The notes: generated by a model not told the origin, from the sequence alone. 20,000 nt of DNA from an uncultured virus (IMG/VR IMGVR_UViG_3300044640_001752) (IMGVR_UViG_3300044640_001752); one strand, 5' to 3'. Counted from the stretch's first letter, positions 1-8,638 are shown. Made by a program: numbers and translations.

Positions 1-2
1 TA

Positions 3-2030
3 TATGGGTACTATGTACCCCCAAACTTGTATGAAATTGTATGCAAGAATGTAGCTACTGGTGTTTATACTCCAGAACTGCTGATATGGTACACCGAAGA
101 AGACTGGACTCGTATGGACAGTATGATCGATCACGACAAGGACGAGCAGTATGGTTATGCTGCTATCGAACAGTTAATCGAAAAGTATTTGGTACGTAAT
201 CGTACCACTAAAGAAACATACGAAACACCACAAGTGCGTTACATGGTTGCTGCAGCCACAGTATTCCACGGCGAAGAACCCAACACAGCTCGCATGCGCT
301 ATATCAAAGAATATTACAATGCAGCCAGCGACGGGTTGTTTACTCTTGCTACTCCTGTGCTGGCAGGCTTGGGTACTCCAACAAAACAATTTAGCAGTTG
401 TGTATTGATTCGCAGTGATGACAATCTTGATTCAATCTTTGCATCTGGAGAAATGATGGCCAAGTATGCGGCCAAACGTGCTGGTATTGGATTAGAGATT
501 GGCCGCTTACGCCCACTTGGTGCACCTATTCGCGGCGGCGAAATACAACACACCGGCATGATACCATTCTTAAAGAAATGGTTTGGCGATCTGCGTAGTT
601 GTTCGCAAGGCGGTATTCGCAATGCATCAGCCACAGTGTTCTATCCCATATGGCATTATCAGTTCGATGATCTTATTGTACTAAAAAACAATCAAGGCAC
701 TGAAGAAACTCGCGTTCGCTTCATGGACTACGGTGTTGTACTGAGTGCTTTCTTTTGGAGACGTTTTAAGAACAAAGAAAACATAACATTCTTTGATCCC
801 AATGAAGTTCCTGATCTGCATCAAGCTTTTTACAGCAACACTGCAAGGTTTGAAGAACTTTATGTAAAATACGAAAAACGCAAAGACCTGCGTAAGAAAA
901 CAATCAGCGCCGAAGAAGTGTTTAAGTCAGGACTACTTAAAGAACGAACAGACACTGGCCGTATCTATCTTGTGTTTATTGACAATGTACAGAGTCAAGG
1001 CCCTTTTGATCCTGAGTTCCACACAATCTTCCAGAGCAACCTGTGCTGTGAGATTCTATTGCCTACAGTACCGTTCCAACGCTTAGATGACGACAACGGG
1101 CGTATTGCGCTGTGTACCTTGGGTTCGCTGAACTGGGGTGCATTTCGTAATCCCGAAGACATGCGCCGAGCTGCACGTATCCTACATCGTAGCTTAAACA
1201 ACATTTTGGATTACCAAGATTTCTTAAGCGTACAAAGTAAGTTAAGCAATGACGAAATACGTCCCATCGGCATTGGTATCACTAACTTGGCATATTGGCA
1301 CGCCAAACGTGGATTAAAATACGGCGAGAAAGAAGCACTAGCCGAAGTCAAATCGTGGATGGAGCATCAGGCATACTACCTAACAGAAGCCACAGTTGAA
1401 TTGGCTCGGGAACGTGGTCCGTGTCTACACAGTGACAAAACACGCTATGGCCAAGGTACATTTCCTTGGGAACTACGTGCCACAGGCGTCAATGAACTTG
1501 CTGACTTTACACCTGAACTCGATTGGGAAACCCTACGTACTCAAATGAAAGAACACGGTGTACGCAATGCCACACAAATGGCCATTGCTCCTGTGGAGTC
1601 TAGTTCAGTTGTTATTAACTCAACCAACGGCATTGAGTTGCCTATGAGCTTGATCACAGTTAAAGAATCAAAAGCAGGATCGTTAGTGCAGGTAGTACCA
1701 GAATATCAAAAGCTGAAGTCACGGTATCAACTAATGTGGGAACAACAAGACTGCGATGGTTACCTAAAAACCGCAGCAGTGTTAGCAGCTTATGTTGATC
1801 AAAGTATTTCAACAAACACTTTTTACAATCCAGCACACTTTGCAGATCGTAAAGTACCAACTACATTGATTGCAAAGAACTTGATGCAGGCACATGTATG
1901 GGGATTGAAAACATTCTACTACAGCCTAATCAACAAACAAGGATCCAAGGCTACAGCAGAAGATGTACCAACGATGTTAGAAGCAATTGACTTTGACGAC
2001 GCAGAAGACTGCGAGGCATGTAAACTTTAA
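3..2030 (+). CDS. nrdA: Class Ia ribonucleoside-diphosphate reductase alpha subunit (5'-truncated by window edge)
   Basis: Frame is open from position 3 (YGYYVPPNLYEIV...), so TTG at 27 is not the true start. Motifs resemble E. coli NrdA: TPTKQFSSC (C225), SQGGIR, QSNLCCEI (N437/C439/E441), IALCTL (C462), GLKTFYY (Y730/Y731), C-terminal CEAC. Confidence 0.97.
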   Translation, partial: YGYYVPPNLYEIVCKNVATGVYTPELLIWYTEEDWTRMDSMIDHDKDEQYGYAAIEQLIEKYLVRNRTTKETYETPQVRYMVAAATVFHGEEPNTARMRYIKEYYNAASDGLFTLATPVLAGLGTPTKQFSSCVLIRSDDNLDSIFASGEMMAKYAAKRAGIGLEIGRLRPLGAPIRGGEIQHTGMIPFLKKWFGDLRSCSQGGIRNASATVFYPIWHYQFDDLIVLKNNQGTEETRVRFMDYGVVLSAFFWRRFKNKENITFFDPNEVPDLHQAFYSNTARFEELYVKYEKRKDLRKKTISAEEVFKSGLLKERTDTGRIYLVFIDNVQSQGPFDPEFHTIFQSNLCCEILLPTVPFQRLDDDNGRIALCTLGSLNWGAFRNPEDMRRAARILHRSLNNILDYQDFLSVQSKLSNDEIRPIGIGITNLAYWHAKRGLKYGEKEALAEVKSWMEHQAYYLTEATVELARERGPCLHSDKTRYGQGTFPWELRATGVNELADFTPELDWETLRTQMKEHGVRNATQMAIAPVESSSVVINSTNGIELPMSLITVKESKAGSLVQVVPEYQKLKSRYQLMWEQQDCDGYLKTAAVLAAYVDQSISTNTFYNPAHFADRKVPTTLIAKNLMQAHVWGLKTFYYSLINKQGSKATAEDVPTMLEAIDFDDAEDCEACKL

Positions 2031-2042
2031 AAGGAAATATAA

Positions 2043-2609
2043 ATGAAAAAATTATTACTAGTACTACTGGCAACAGTGACATTTAGTGTGCAGTCCAAAG
2101 ATACTGCTGGTATTACAGTGTGCAACGGTGAATATGCTTTGTGTGCGGCCAGCACTTGTAAGCCCACAGGTAAAACAATCACAGGTAACAATGGTGTTCC
2201 TTATCCAGAAGTAGTGTGTCGATGTCCTATTCTCAATGGTCATGCCATTGCTGATACCACAGCAGGCAATATGAAAGGATCCTGCGCACCAACGGATAGT
2301 AAACACGTATGGAGTTTGTTTGCCCCTAAGGTATATTATCCACAAGAAGCCAGCGGATTCAGCAAGAAACCCGAAGACATGCGAGCAGTGGTGCAAAAGT
2401 GTGATGCCAGCTTGAATCTTGGTGCCAAGTCCAGCAACTGTTTTAGTTGGAACTGTGTCAAAGGTGCTGACGGTATAGCTGTATGTTCATGCCCTACTGG
2501 TCAAGTTCCGGCAGCAACTACATTCTTAACTGAAGCCGGTCAAGGAAATCCCGACGCCTGTGCGCAATACCCTGTCAGCTTGCCTATACAGAACCCACCT
2601 GGTAACTAA
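2043..2609 (+). CDS. Exported cysteine-rich protein of unknown function (signal peptide, 12 Cys in two 6-Cys repeats)
   Basis: AAGGA SD upstream; N-terminus MKKLLLVLLATVTFSVQS looks like a Sec signal; 12 Cys; packed tightly between nrdA and the aldolase. Confidence 0.8.
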   Translation: MKKLLLVLLATVTFSVQSKDTAGITVCNGEYALCAASTCKPTGKTITGNNGVPYPEVVCRCPILNGHAIADTTAGNMKGSCAPTDSKHVWSLFAPKVYYPQEASGFSKKPEDMRAVVQKCDASLNLGAKSSNCFSWNCVKGADGIAVCSCPTGQVPAATTFLTEAGQGNPDACAQYPVSLPIQNPPGN

Positions 2610-2611
2610 TA

Positions 2612-3271
2612 ATGTTAGAAACAATATGCGACATAATGGTAGACGCTTACAAGCGTAATTGGATTACCAGTCGTGATGGCAATGTCAGTATACGTCATCA
2701 CGACCGTGATCACTTTTACATCACACCCAGCGGTGTCCGTAAACAAACTCTACAGCCGGATCAGTTTAAAAAAATCAAAATTGAAAAATGGATTAACAGC
2801 GGAGTTGGCTCTGAGGCTTACAATTATTCGTGGCGTGATCTAGAGTACACCGACATAAGTAAAAATTTAATTCCCAGTGGAGAGATACCCTTACATTTTG
2901 GTCTGCAGAAAGAAATGGGACAGCACCGGGATGATGTTCGTGTAGTTGTACACGTTCATCCTACCTACTGCATTGCTGCCATGCATGCCGGGATAGATCT
3001 TAGCACTATTAGTAATGCATTTCCAGAACTCAATCGTTACACACGAGTTGCACCCAACGTAGGTGATGTGCCTCCCATCAGTCAAGAACTTGCTGATCAA
3101 ACTTTAGAAAAATTACAGATAGACAGACATGGAAACGTACCATTTGACATCGTTGGTATCAAGGGCCACGGTGTTGTTGCAATTGATACTAGTCCGTGGC
3201 GTGCTTACGAACATATTGAACGACTTGAACACATTTGCAAGATTGTGCTGGCGTCGGGTAATTATAAATGA
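2612..3271 (+). CDS. Class II aldolase/adducin family protein (AraD/FucA/MtnB-like, metal-dependent)
   Basis: Motifs DGNVSIR, ITPSG, PSGEIPLH, VVHVHPTY, GHGVVA, ERLEH. Confidence 0.9.
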   Translation: MLETICDIMVDAYKRNWITSRDGNVSIRHHDRDHFYITPSGVRKQTLQPDQFKKIKIEKWINSGVGSEAYNYSWRDLEYTDISKNLIPSGEIPLHFGLQKEMGQHRDDVRVVVHVHPTYCIAAMHAGIDLSTISNAFPELNRYTRVAPNVGDVPPISQELADQTLEKLQIDRHGNVPFDIVGIKGHGVVAIDTSPWRAYEHIERLEHICKIVLASGNYK

Positions 3272-3288
3272 GTAAAGAGAAAAAATAA

Positions 3289-4392
3289 ATGTCAAAACAG
3301 CAATATAATCTATACACAAAGACAGACTATCTAAATCGCAAGATGTTTCTGGATCCAGCTGGTCCGGTCACTATTCAACGCTTTGAGGAAGTAAAGTACA
3401 ATAAGATTGCCAACTTTGAAACCACAGCTCGTGGATTCTATTGGGTACCTGAAGAGATCAGTCTCACCAAGGATGCCGGCGACTTCAAGGATGCTAGTGA
3501 TGCTGTTAAACACATCTTTACCAGCAATTTGTTACGACAGACAGCCTTGGACAGTTTACAAGGACGTGGCCCAGCACAGGTGTTTACACCTTGTGTGAGT
3601 TTGCCTGAGTTAGAAGCTCTAATGTATAACTGGAGCTTTTTTGAAACAAACATTCACAGTCGCAGCTACAGTCATATTATCCGCAACATCTACAACGTGC
3701 CCAAGGATGTGTTCAACACAATCCACGACACTGAAGAGATTGTTGGTATGGCAGCGAGTGTAGGCAAGTACTATGACGAGCTGCACAAGATCAATTGCTA
3801 TAAAGAAATTGATCCGCAAATGGCTGGCGAAGATGCACACATTAAAGCAATTTGGTTGGCACTACATGCCAGCTATGCCTTAGAAGCATTCCGCTTTATG
3901 GTTTCATTTGCCACCAGTTTGGCTATGGTTGAAAATCGTATCTTTATCGGCAACGGCAACATCATCAGCCTGATCTTACAAGACGAACTGTTGCATAAAG
4001 GTTGGACAGCTTTCTTAATTAATCAAGTTGTTAAAGAAGACCCACGCTTTGCTCGAGTCAAAGCCGAATGCGAAGCTGAAGTATATGAAATATACCGCGA
4101 TGTTATTCGTGAGGAAAAAGAATGGGCAGTGTACCTATTTAAGAAAGGACCAGTGATTGGTCTCAATGCCAATATCTTAATGGACTTTGTGGACTACACT
4201 GCAGTAGACGCACTCAAACAGATCGGTATCAAGTATCAAGGCACAGCACCACGCAGTACACCAATTCCTTGGTTCAACAAGCATACTGATATTCACAAGA
4301 AACAGTCAGCTCTGCAAGAAACTGAATCGACTAATTATGTGATTGGTGTTATGAGCGATGAGCTTGATTACAATCAGTTGCCAGCATTATAA
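3289..4392 (+). CDS. nrdB: Class Ia ribonucleotide reductase beta subunit
   Basis: FYWVPEEI (W48), LDSLQGR (D84), ETNIHSRSY (E115/H118/Y122), EAFRF (E204), DELLH (E238/H241), C-terminal QETESTNY (Y356). Confidence 0.97.
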   Translation: MSKQQYNLYTKTDYLNRKMFLDPAGPVTIQRFEEVKYNKIANFETTARGFYWVPEEISLTKDAGDFKDASDAVKHIFTSNLLRQTALDSLQGRGPAQVFTPCVSLPELEALMYNWSFFETNIHSRSYSHIIRNIYNVPKDVFNTIHDTEEIVGMAASVGKYYDELHKINCYKEIDPQMAGEDAHIKAIWLALHASYALEAFRFMVSFATSLAMVENRIFIGNGNIISLILQDELLHKGWTAFLINQVVKEDPRFARVKAECEAEVYEIYRDVIREEKEWAVYLFKKGPVIGLNANILMDFVDYTAVDALKQIGIKYQGTAPRSTPIPWFNKHTDIHKKQSALQETESTNYVIGVMSDELDYNQLPAL

Positions 4393-4410
4393 TTATTGGA
4401 AAATTGTCGA

Positions 4411-5589
4411 ATGAAAATTGCAATAGTAGGTGCAGGTATTAGTGGAATTATGGCTGCTTACTATCTGGTTAAAGCTGGGCACAACATCACAGTCATTGAT
4501 CAAGAAAGATATGCAGCCATGCGCACTAGTTATGCCAACGGCGGCCAAGTGTCTGTATCAAATAGCGAAGTTTGGAACACCTGGAGTAATGTAAAAAAGG
4601 GTGTCAAATGGATGTTGCGTAAAGACGCACCCTTGTTGGTCCGACCCAAATTTGAATGGGACAAAATCAAATGGATGACCAAGTTTTTGTACCATACAGT
4701 TCGAGGTGATTATGCAACGAATACTGCAGCGACTATTTGCTTGGGACTCGAGTCACGCAAGTTATATCAAGACTTGATCAACAACGAAGGTATTGCAAAC
4801 TTTGATCAAGCCAAGTGCGGAATCTTGCATTTTTACAAAGATCAACAATACTTTGATGCAGCCATACAAGCAAAAGACTTGTACGAATCAAACGGGTGCG
4901 AATGGAGTATCATGGACGCTCAAACTGTTGCTGCTACTGACCCTATGCTCATGGCCAGTGGTGTTGTAGGTGGTGCCTGGACTGCCGGTGACTGGGTTGG
5001 CGACATGCATAAATTTTGTCATCAGTTGTGCGAGGTATTAAATGAAAAATATGGTGTTGAATTTCATTATAACTACAAATTAAACGACTTAGAATCTCTG
5101 ACAATACAGTATGACGCAGTGGTAGTATCAGCCGGAGTTGGTTCAGTTCATTTGGCCAGCAGCATCGGCGATGTATTACCTATCTATCCTATCAAAGGCT
5201 ACAGTATCACTATCAACAATGTTGATCCAGAATTGTTGCCTCGTACCAGTTTGTTAGATGATCAAGCTAAAATAGTAGCCTCGCCTTTGGGCAATAGACT
5301 GCGTGTGGCCGGCACTGCGGAACTTACAGGTGAGAACTATGACATACGCAGAGACAGAATCGAACCTTTGTTGAATTGGGTACATGAAAATTTACCACAA
5401 ATCAACACAGATGATTATCAATCTTGGGCATGTCTGCGTCCAATGACCCCCGACATGATGCCCATAATACAACAAAGTCAAACAGACTCGCGAGTGTTTT
5501 ATCATACTGGTCACGGTCATTTGGGATGGACAGTTAGCCCCGCAACAGCAAAACAGTTGACACACTTGATAGAAACTGCTATAATCTAA
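4411..5589 (+). CDS. dadA: FAD-dependent D-amino acid dehydrogenase (DadA-like)
   Basis: ATG at 4411 gives MKIAIVGAGISG (Rossmann GxGxxG). Also TSYANGGQ, IYPIKGYSIT, RLRVAGTAE, WACLRPMTPD and TGHGHLGWT, all DadA-like motifs. Confidence 0.85.
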   Translation: MKIAIVGAGISGIMAAYYLVKAGHNITVIDQERYAAMRTSYANGGQVSVSNSEVWNTWSNVKKGVKWMLRKDAPLLVRPKFEWDKIKWMTKFLYHTVRGDYATNTAATICLGLESRKLYQDLINNEGIANFDQAKCGILHFYKDQQYFDAAIQAKDLYESNGCEWSIMDAQTVAATDPMLMASGVVGGAWTAGDWVGDMHKFCHQLCEVLNEKYGVEFHYNYKLNDLESLTIQYDAVVVSAGVGSVHLASSIGDVLPIYPIKGYSITINNVDPELLPRTSLLDDQAKIVASPLGNRLRVAGTAELTGENYDIRRDRIEPLLNWVHENLPQINTDDYQSWACLRPMTPDMMPIIQQSQTDSRVFYHTGHGHLGWTVSPATAKQLTHLIETAII

Positions 5590-5603
5590 ACTAGGAAATT
5601 GAT

Positions 5604-5846
5604 ATGTTAACAATATACACAAAAGATAATTGTCCGTTTTGCGATCGAGCAAAAGCACTAATTGAAAGCAAAGGAATTGAATATACTACCATCAATGTAG
5701 GTATTCGTACCGAAGCCCGTGAATTTTTAGTGGATCAAGGTTTGCGCAGTGTGCCACAAATTTTCAATGGCGACGCATTATTGCAAGGCGGATATCAGGG
5801 TTTGGCATCACAACCTGAAGAATTTTGGACACAACTTAAAGGATAA
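5604..5846 (+). CDS. Glutaredoxin (probable RNR hydrogen donor)
   Basis: IYTKDNCPFC active site, RSVPQIF cis-Pro motif, GGY; 80 aa; lies in the nrd operon. Confidence 0.93.
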   Translation: MLTIYTKDNCPFCDRAKALIESKGIEYTTINVGIRTEAREFLVDQGLRSVPQIFNGDALLQGGYQGLASQPEEFWTQLKG

Positions 5847-5848
5847 TA

Positions 5849-6151
5849 ATGAACATTGAAAAAGACGAGATTTTGACATTTAAACTGATCACCGGCGAAG
5901 AAGTTGTTGCCAAGGTTGTCAGCGTGGTTGATGGTATGATTGTGATCAAGCAGCCGGTTACTTTAGTACCAGGACAGCAAGGACTCCAAATGATGCCCAG
6001 CTTGTTCAGTGCCAATTTGGATCGCGATGTCTTGTTGTACGCATCTGGCATTTTAATGACCACAGAAGTGCGTGAAGATGTCAGAGCTGGCTATATCAAA
6101 GCAACAACCGGCATTGATGTGCCGGCTAAAAAGTCTATCATTACAGGATAA
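5849..6151 (+). CDS. Small Sm/LSm-like domain phage protein
   Basis: TFKLITGEEVVAKV N-terminal pattern typical of Sm-like proteins of T4-like phages; AAGGA SD upstream. Confidence 0.6.
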   Translation: MNIEKDEILTFKLITGEEVVAKVVSVVDGMIVIKQPVTLVPGQQGLQMMPSLFSANLDRDVLLYASGILMTTEVREDVRAGYIKATTGIDVPAKKSIITG

Positions 6152-6152
6152 C

Positions 6153-6176
6153 AAAAAGCCCCTAAGGGGCTTTTTT
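6153..6176. terminator. Bidirectional rho-independent terminator
   Basis: AAAAAGCCCC-TAA-GGGGCTTTTTT between two convergent genes, with an A-run and T-run flanking a GC stem. Confidence 0.9.
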
Positions 6177-6177
6177 A

Positions 6178-6927
6178 TTATTTCTTAACAAACAAGAAAA
6201 ACAATCGGTCTTGGTCTTTCTTCATCAACTCTAATGTAAGTCCGTGTGTTTTGGCCAGTTCGTGGGCTACTTCAAAACTCCAGGGAAATATTTCCACCCA
6301 CGGACCTTTGTTGGGAGTTTTAACTCCGTCGTGATCTAGCCCGGGATTGGCCCTCATCCACAGTTTACCTCCTGGCTTCAGCAATTCAACAGTCTTTCGA
6401 AATCTAATTTCAATGTCATCGCGACTGTTGAAATTGATACTGCCCAATGCAATGACATGGTCAAATGATTCTGGTTCTACATTGTAGTCAAGAATATCAA
6501 TCATGAAGTCTGCACAATTGTTATAAGGATCAATACCTACTAGATTGGGAATCCTTTCTTTAAATGGATTGTATCCGCAGCCTACATCTAGTACTTTAGC
6601 AGGCTTGGTCTTGTTGATTTCGTCAGCGATTCTCCAGCCGGTCCAGTGATACATGTCGGTTCTGGGTTTCCATGCTTCACCAAAAAACCAAGCCAGGTAT
6701 TGATCGTCGGTGCGATCGACCAGCTGTGCAACAGTGCCTGCAACATCAATTGCGACCCCAAACGTGCCTTCGAGGTCTGATTTGAATTTTTGCTTTTTCA
6801 CAGGAGTCCACGGCAGAGAATCTAATAATGTGTCTGCCTCTAGCGATTGTCTAATTGCACTGTGTTTGGGTAAATTCCAAGTTTCGTGTAATTTTTTTAC
6901 AATATGATTAAAAATTTTGCTATTCAT
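6178..6927 (-). CDS. Class I SAM-dependent methyltransferase with N-terminal extra (possibly ACP-like) domain
   Basis: VLDVGCG (motif I), VGIDP, ESFDHVIALGSINF, LLKPGGKL. Likely start is ATG 6927 (MNSKIF); the 21-aa extension to 6990 runs through AT-rich intergenic DNA. Confidence 0.85.
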   Translation of the reverse strand: MNSKIFNHIVKKLHETWNLPKHSAIRQSLEADTLLDSLPWTPVKKQKFKSDLEGTFGVAIDVAGTVAQLVDRTDDQYLAWFFGEAWKPRTDMYHWTGWRIADEINKTKPAKVLDVGCGYNPFKERIPNLVGIDPYNNCADFMIDILDYNVEPESFDHVIALGSINFNSRDDIEIRFRKTVELLKPGGKLWMRANPGLDHDGVKTPNKGPWVEIFPWSFEVAHELAKTHGLTLELMKKDQDRLFFLFVKK

Positions 6928-6946
6928 AGATTTTTTATAAAAAAGG

Positions 6947-6952
6947 TAAATA
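6947..6952 (+). promoter_or_regulatory. Possible T4-like late promoter core (TAAATA) upstream of the Bug/TctC operon
   Basis: GTAAATAAAT in the divergent intergenic region; resembles T4 TATAAATA, but the region is AT-rich. Confidence 0.35.
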
Positions 6953-7031
6953 AATTTACAAGACAGCAAAAAATTTTGTGTCTGTGACAATATCTAACTA
7001 TATATATCATAAATCTTGACAAGGAAAAATA

Positions 7032-8021
7032 ATGAAAAACTTTTTATCTGCTCTCCTGTTGGCAGCGGCAGCAATCGTACCATTTGCTGCTGCAGCTTGG
7101 GAACCCATCAAGCCAGTCACAGTGTATGTAGGCAATACTCCCGGGGCCGGCAACGAACTTGCATTTAGAAAATTAGCCGAATTGGTTCAACGCAATAATC
7201 CCAAATTTGTATATGTAGTACAAAACATTCCAGGTGCTGACAGTGTTATAGCACAGAACAGATTTCTTGATGCTGCACCAGATGGATACACTGCCAATTT
7301 GCCCAGCCATATGAGCACGTATGTCACCAACGATATATGGCAAAAAGATATTAAAAAGTTCAAATACAATGATTTTACTGATGTGCTGACCATGGGCAAA
7401 AGTCCACTGGTGTTGGTTGCCAGTCCTCGCAGTATGATAAACACTCCTGAAGATTTTATAACACTGATCTCGACTACTAAAAAACCCATCAGTATTGCAA
7501 CAGGTGGCGGTGCTCATAGAACTGCATTTGAATATCTCATGTACCGTGGGCAGGGAAACAAAGATCTGGTCAGGCCCATCAGATTCAATGGACCGTTGCC
7601 AACTGTTACCAGTGTGGCTGCATTTGATGGCAAATCTGGCACTGAATTTGGAATCATGCCAATTGCAGTTGCCAAGCCGTTGCTGGACGCGGGTAGAGTA
7701 AAAGCCATTGGATTTACTGGCAATAGAAAAATGGATCAATATCCCAAGATACCTTTATTAAATACTGTTGCTCCTGGTATCAATGTATATGCTGCTTGGT
7801 CCTTGCAGTTGCCACCTAACACCCCCGGTGACATTGTTGATTGGTATCAACGCGAGTTCTCTAAAGCAGTGCGTTCTGCAGAATACAAAGAATGGATGGA
7901 AAATCAAGTTGTATTTTATGAAGAATCAGAGTTAAAACCAGAAGGATTACGCAAACACATGAACGAATTGAGAGCCACATTTATACCTGTGTTAGAAACT
8001 ATTGATTTGACCAAAGAATGA
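7032..8021 (+). CDS. Bug/TctC family tripartite tricarboxylate transporter periplasmic substrate-binding protein
   Basis: Signal peptide ending AAAA-W; WEPIKPVTVYVGNTPGAGNE (cf. KPIxxxVPFxAGGxxD); VVQNIPGA, AAPDGYT, PLVLVA, GRVKAIG, YPKIP, PPNTPGDIV; 329 aa; AAGGA SD. Confidence 0.88.
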   Translation: MKNFLSALLLAAAAIVPFAAAAWEPIKPVTVYVGNTPGAGNELAFRKLAELVQRNNPKFVYVVQNIPGADSVIAQNRFLDAAPDGYTANLPSHMSTYVTNDIWQKDIKKFKYNDFTDVLTMGKSPLVLVASPRSMINTPEDFITLISTTKKPISIATGGGAHRTAFEYLMYRGQGNKDLVRPIRFNGPLPTVTSVAAFDGKSGTEFGIMPIAVAKPLLDAGRVKAIGFTGNRKMDQYPKIPLLNTVAPGINVYAAWSLQLPPNTPGDIVDWYQREFSKAVRSAEYKEWMENQVVFYEESELKPEGLRKHMNELRATFIPVLETIDLTKE

Positions 8022-8638
8022 AATACATCTTTATGGCAGGCGCTCCTGGATCCAAATGGTCCAGTGTGAGCAAGAACATTTATTTCAGCCCCGACATTGA
8101 TCGCACAGATTCTTCGTCTGCACGTGAGTATTGGCACAGTGCCTGGGGAGAACCTTTGTTGATGCACATGGGTGCATATTTTGATCCTGGCATGGAGTTC
8201 GGCGACCATTTTGATCGGTTGGATCAATATAGTCGTGAAGAAAACGAACAAGAGTTTGATAGACCGTTTTCTGGAACAGGTGTACGCATCATCAAGAGTC
8301 ATGTATTTTCACATCACATTGACTATCTAAAGCAGACATGGCCCGACTGCCCTGTAGTGTTAGTAGAGCGAGACGACGATGCTTGCCTAGGGTGGTGGGT
8401 CAAATGCGGTCACTTTGGTATTACCTATCCTGACTATGCTGAATACTATCAAAATCTTCCTGTAATGGCTCGTCGCATCTATAATCAAAATCAAGACATA
8501 CGCTTGGCACGTGAGAGATATTCAGGAAAAACAATCAATTCCAATGTAGTATTGGCAGCTCGTCTATACATTGCTACACCGCCGGAAGAGTATTTTCAAA
8601 GGTACGCCGAATATGATATCAAGGTAACATTAATATGA
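8018..8638 (+). CDS. Divergent sulfotransferase-fold / P-loop-like protein
   Basis: YIFMAGAPGSKWSSV resembles the 5'-PSB loop (IFIxGxPRSGT); IIKSH; WPDCPVVLVERD resembles the 3'-PB region; ATGA overlap with the upstream gene. Confidence 0.55.
   Translation: MKYIFMAGAPGSKWSSVSKNIYFSPDIDRTDSSSAREYWHSAWGEPLLMHMGAYFDPGMEFGDHFDRLDQYSREENEQEFDRPFSGTGVRIIKSHVFSHHIDYLKQTWPDCPVVLVERDDDACLGWWVKCGHFGITYPDYAEYYQNLPVMARRIYNQNQDIRLARERYSGKTINSNVVLAARLYIATPPEEYFQRYAEYDIKVTLI

Noticed and set aside
3..4392. Introns, inteins or homing endonucleases in nrdA/nrdB (common in T4-like phages)
   Set aside because: Both frames are continuous, of normal length, with no intein or HNH/GIY-YIG/LAGLIDADG motifs.
7016..7021. 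TTGACA hexamers at 7016 and 11020 as sigma70 -35 boxes
   Set aside because: No acceptable -10 hexamer at 16-18 nt spacing; the first overlaps the SD of the Bug gene.
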